Below, piece after piece: positions 20,261-23,851 of a stretch of 23,851 nt of DNA. Under the pieces are notes generated by a model. It did no database searches. It saw only the letters and a program-made list of their open reading frames with translations, and was not told the origin of the DNA. Numbering within the stretch: the first letter of the stretch is position 1; each line of letters begins with the position of its first letter. Location: assembly GCF_006345805.1 (NCBI RefSeq), contig NW_021836538.1:1-23851 (forward strand), in the 5' to 3' direction. The position numbers and the translations under genes are program-made. Source of the DNA: Octopus sinensis. Lineage: Eukaryota.

Positions 20261-20776
20261 ATCGCACCGACTGCAGATTGTTTGCATATTATATACAGCG
20301 ATTTATGCATTATTAGTACAAACTCTTCAGGGCATATAAGTATGAGACTTTTCGAAGAGGAATTTTCCTTCGTTATTTGTTTAAATTAGGATTGGTCGTA
20401 GTAGTAGTAGTAGTAGAAGTAGTAATAGTAGTAGTAGTAGTGTAGTAAATCATCACATTCTTCCATGAGATGTTTCTCTCAACTGTTTGCTTGGGTAAAA
20501 TTCAGTAATAGCAGCAGTAGTGCTTGTTGAAGTTAGTATATGTTCTTCAGGAGTAGAACATCCTTGATTCACGACGCTAAAAACCGTCGTAGTGTGAGTT
20601 TAGAGCGCACTTTTGATGCAAATCTGAGGAAGAGCCATTCTAATGTTTAAACTGCAAATATTGCACAAACTCTTACTTGGATCTTGTAGGCGGACTGGTG
20701 TTGAGAGCAGAGTTACTACACAAACAGTTATAAACAGTTGTAACTGGTCATTAAAGATGTGTTAAGACTTTTCTTT

Positions 20777-20805
20777 GCTTTCTTATGTGGATTATGCGTG
20801 TGTGT

Positions 20806-20847
<42 letters not shown>

Positions 20848-20872
20848 TGTGTGTGTATGTGTGTGTGTGTGT
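20777..20872. repeat. (TG)n microsatellite
   Basis: Direct reading. Confidence 0.95.
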
Positions 20873-20899
20873 TTCTATATACAGATATATCAGTCGCCA

Positions 20900-21085
20900 T
20901 GATAGATATGTTAGCCACTACACACATTTTTTTTCTCTCCTTGTTTCTTTCTGTGTTCCTTTCTGTAGAAGAGCGTAGGCTCGAAACGTAAAAGACTTTT
21001 TCCATTTCTGAGCGTTATACTAATACATCTGTCTGTTTTGTACACCACCTGTCTTCGTCTTTGGTTTTTTTTCGTAAACTCTCCC

Positions 21086-21088
<3 letters not shown>
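20900..21088 (+). mobile_element. Second, longer copy of the 225-325 repeat (probable Penelope-like terminal region; hammerhead-like motif at 20959-20994)
   Basis: Sequence match to 225-310. Confidence 0.55.
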
Positions 21089-21141
<53 letters not shown>

Positions 21142-21200
21142 ATAGACCGCTTGTAGCAAAATAATTTTCTGCTGAATTTTTGCTACCCTATATTGATTAT

Positions 21201-21294
<94 letters not shown>

Positions 21295-21303
21295 TAATAT
21301 AAT
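21089..21303. repeat. Two interrupted (TA)n tracts (about 21089-21143 and 21199-21303)
   Basis: Direct reading. Confidence 0.93.
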
Positions 21304-21337
21304 TTATATTTATATGTCTGTATTGTTTTGTGTACAG

Positions 21338-21512
21338 GTCAGTGGAAGGTTTTTACCAGGAGCAAATCAAGAACTTAAAAGAGGAACTGAAAAAAGATCG
21401 AGAGGAGCGAATGGATATGATAGACGAACATGACACAATGATAGAAAAGATGAACAACTCCTATGAAGAAGATAACAAGAAGTTAAAAGAAACCTTGGTT
21501 GCTACGCAAGAG
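21338..21512 (+). CDS. NIN: Ninein-like exon E (phase 2 to 0), coiled coil
   Basis: TTTTGTGTACAG acceptor, GAG/GTTAGA donor. SVEGFYQEQIKNLKEELKKDREERMDMIDEHDTMIEKMNNSYEEDNKKLKETLVATQE resembles recalled ninein YKERIAALKNELRKERE. Confidence 0.9.
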
Positions 21513-21837
21513 GTTAGATGTTTCATTCATGCATTTGCAGGCTTAAACTACCCACATTTATTCATGTAGTCATGTGGTATTAGATATTTTGTTCAGACCA
21601 CGAGCTTTCTGTTTTTCTCGAGGCTTCGATATGTCGATATAACTTGACATATTCTTTCGCAAGAGACTTTGTCTTGATACTGTTGTAATTAATATCGCAC
21701 AGTCATCCTTTCACCATTATTTAAACGAAGTGTGACTGTCAGAATCTTGTTTCACCCATCCGGGAGTTGGTTGCCAAATAAAAATCCAGTTGCAGACGAG
21801 CTGTTACGAGCTGGAATTTGTAGAACCGTACTTTCTA

Positions 21838-21884
21838 AATAATAATAATAATAATAATATAATAATAATAATGATATAATAATA

Positions 21885-21955
<71 letters not shown>

Positions 21956-21977
21956 TAATAACAACAACAACAACAAC

Positions 21978-22017
<40 letters not shown>

Positions 22018-22240
22018 TAATAATAATAATTAAATAATACTAATACTAATAATGATAATAATAAAATAATAATAATGATAATAATAATAATAACAAAATA
22101 ATACTAATACTAATAATAATGATAATAATAAAATAATAATAATAATTAAATAATAATAATAATAATAATAAAATGATAATAATGATAATAATAATAATAA
22201 TAAAATAATACTAATACTACTAATAATAATAATAAAATTA

Positions 22241-22288
<48 letters not shown>

Positions 22289-22409
22289 TAATAATAATAA
22301 TAATAATATATAATAATATATAATAATATAATAATAATAATAATATAATATCAATAATAATAATATATAATTATAATAATAATAATAATAATAATATAAT
22401 AGTATAATA

Positions 22410-22459
<50 letters not shown>

Positions 22460-22475
22460 TAATAATAATTAATGA
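21838..22475. repeat. Long interrupted (TAA)n; equals the (ATT)n tail of the adjacent minus-strand SINE
   Basis: Direct reading. Confidence 0.97.
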
Positions 22476-22476
22476 T

Positions 22477-22685
22477 AGTTTCAAATTCTGATAAAAGATC
22501 TGAAATTTTGTGGGAAGGGGTTTAGTCGATTACATTGATCCCAGTGTTCAGCTAATACTTATTTCATCGAGCCCGAAGGGATGAAAGTCGAACGTCAGCA
22601 GAATTGAACTCAGAACGCAAAGCAGGAAAAAAAACACTGCTAAGCATTTCATCCGGCATGCTTACGACTTTTCTAGCTCTCCGCC
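22477..22685 (-). mobile_element. SINE family B (T2 tail), diverged
   Basis: The reverse complement reads GGCGGAGAGCTAG...TGAGTTCAATTCTGC...TTTCATCCCTTCGGGCTCGATGAAATAAG...AATTTGAAAC, then (ATT)n. Confidence 0.85.
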
Positions 22686-22686
22686 A

Positions 22687-22737
<51 letters not shown>

Positions 22738-22764
22738 ACCACCACCACCACCACCACCACCACC

Positions 22765-22804
<40 letters not shown>

Positions 22805-22870
22805 TTACTACTGCTGCTGCTGCTGCTACTAATGCTACAACTACTGCTTCTGCTTCGGTTGCTGCTGCTG

Positions 22871-22902
<32 letters not shown>

Positions 22903-22924
22903 GTTACTGCTGCTGCTGCTGCTG

Positions 22925-22971
<47 letters not shown>

Positions 22972-23040
22972 GCTGCTGCTACTTCTACTACTACTACCGC
23001 CACCACCACCACCACCACCACCACCACCACCACCACCACC

Positions 23041-23090
<50 letters not shown>
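22687..23090. repeat. Compound trinucleotide array (CTA)n/(CCA)n/(CTG)n
   Basis: Direct reading. Confidence 0.97.
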
Positions 23091-23154
23091 AGCAATGATT
23101 TTTATAGAATTGTTGCTTTTTTTTAATGTTTACGTGTTTGTGTCTGTTTTGCAG

Positions 23155-23280
23155 GATTTACGCCAAACTCAAGCGGAACTCAACGAATCACGGGAAAGGT
23201 TGAGAGACATGGAAAAGCAGAAGCACAAACTCCAATATCAGCTGAGTGTAGAGAAGCTGAAGGCTGGTGGCAAGAAATCA
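23155..23280 (+). CDS. NIN: Ninein-like exon F (phase 0 to 0), coiled coil; gene continues beyond the window
   Basis: TGTTTTGCAG acceptor, TCA/GTAAGT donor. Encodes DLRQTQAELNESRERLRDMEKQKHKLQYQLSVEKLKAGGKKS. Confidence 0.88.
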
Positions 23281-23306
23281 GTAAGTTGGATGCATGGACA
23301 GGATTG

Positions 23307-23851
23307 CCTACCTACCTACCTGCCTACCTACCTACCTACCTACCTACCTACCTACCTACCTATCTACCTACCTACCTACCTACCTACCTACCTACCTGAC
23401 TATCTAACTACCTACCTACCTACCTAACTACCTACCTACCTACCTACCTACCTACCTACATACCTACCTATCTACCTATCTACCTACCTACCTACCTACC
23501 TACCTACCTACCTACCTACCTACCTACCTACCTACCTACATACCTACCTACCTACCTACCTGCCTACCTACCTACATACCTACCTACCTACCTGCCCACC
23601 TACCTACCTCCTACCTACATACCTACCTGCCCACCTACCTACCTACCTACCTACCTACCTACATACCTACCTACCTACCTACCTACATACATACATACAT
23701 ACATACATACCTACCTACCTACCTACCTACCTACCTACATACATACCTACCTACCATACCTACCTACCTACATACAACATACATACCTACCTACCTACCT
23801 AACTACCTACCTACCTACCTACCTACCTACATACATACATACATACATACC
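23307..23851. repeat. (CCTA)n / (CATA)n tetranucleotide microsatellite, runs off the window
   Basis: Direct reading. Confidence 0.98.

Noticed and set aside
20551-20593. Cassette exon using the GTGAGT donor at 20594
   Set aside because: The 43-nt exon would end in phase 0, while exon E needs phase 2, so it frameshifts. Kept only as the alternative-last-exon hypothesis.

Overview
AT-rich eukaryotic genomic DNA, very probably a cephalopod (Octopus-like SINE families and microsatellite load; recalled, not searched). The window holds six phase-consistent GT-AG coding exons of a + strand ninein/ninein-like gene (EF-hand region into coiled coil; 5424-23280). The gene extends beyond the window, and everything upstream of 5424 is probably intron. 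The introns are packed with mobile DNA. There is a 5'-truncated R4/Dong-type RLE LINE (- strand) inside an (ATT)n array, and two tandem copies of an L1/Tx1-clade LINE, each bounded on both sides by (ATCT)n. Also present: an RTE 3' stub, more than a dozen tRNA-derived SINE pieces from three families, two TIR MITEs (one carrying TTAGGG repeats), palindromic foldback elements, a 197-bp and a 26-bp tandem array, and many microsatellites. Best leads: (1) an apparently (ATCT/AGAT)n-targeted Tx1 family; (2) a compact hammerhead-ribozyme fold with a compensatory U3-A8 core, plus two further hammerhead-like families; (3) two retro-insertions with >100-bp target-duplication geometry; (4) a SINE that repeatedly joins to GGTATTT inside its own family; (5) a possible alternative last exon of ninein. 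All analysis was by eye, with no searches or folding runs.
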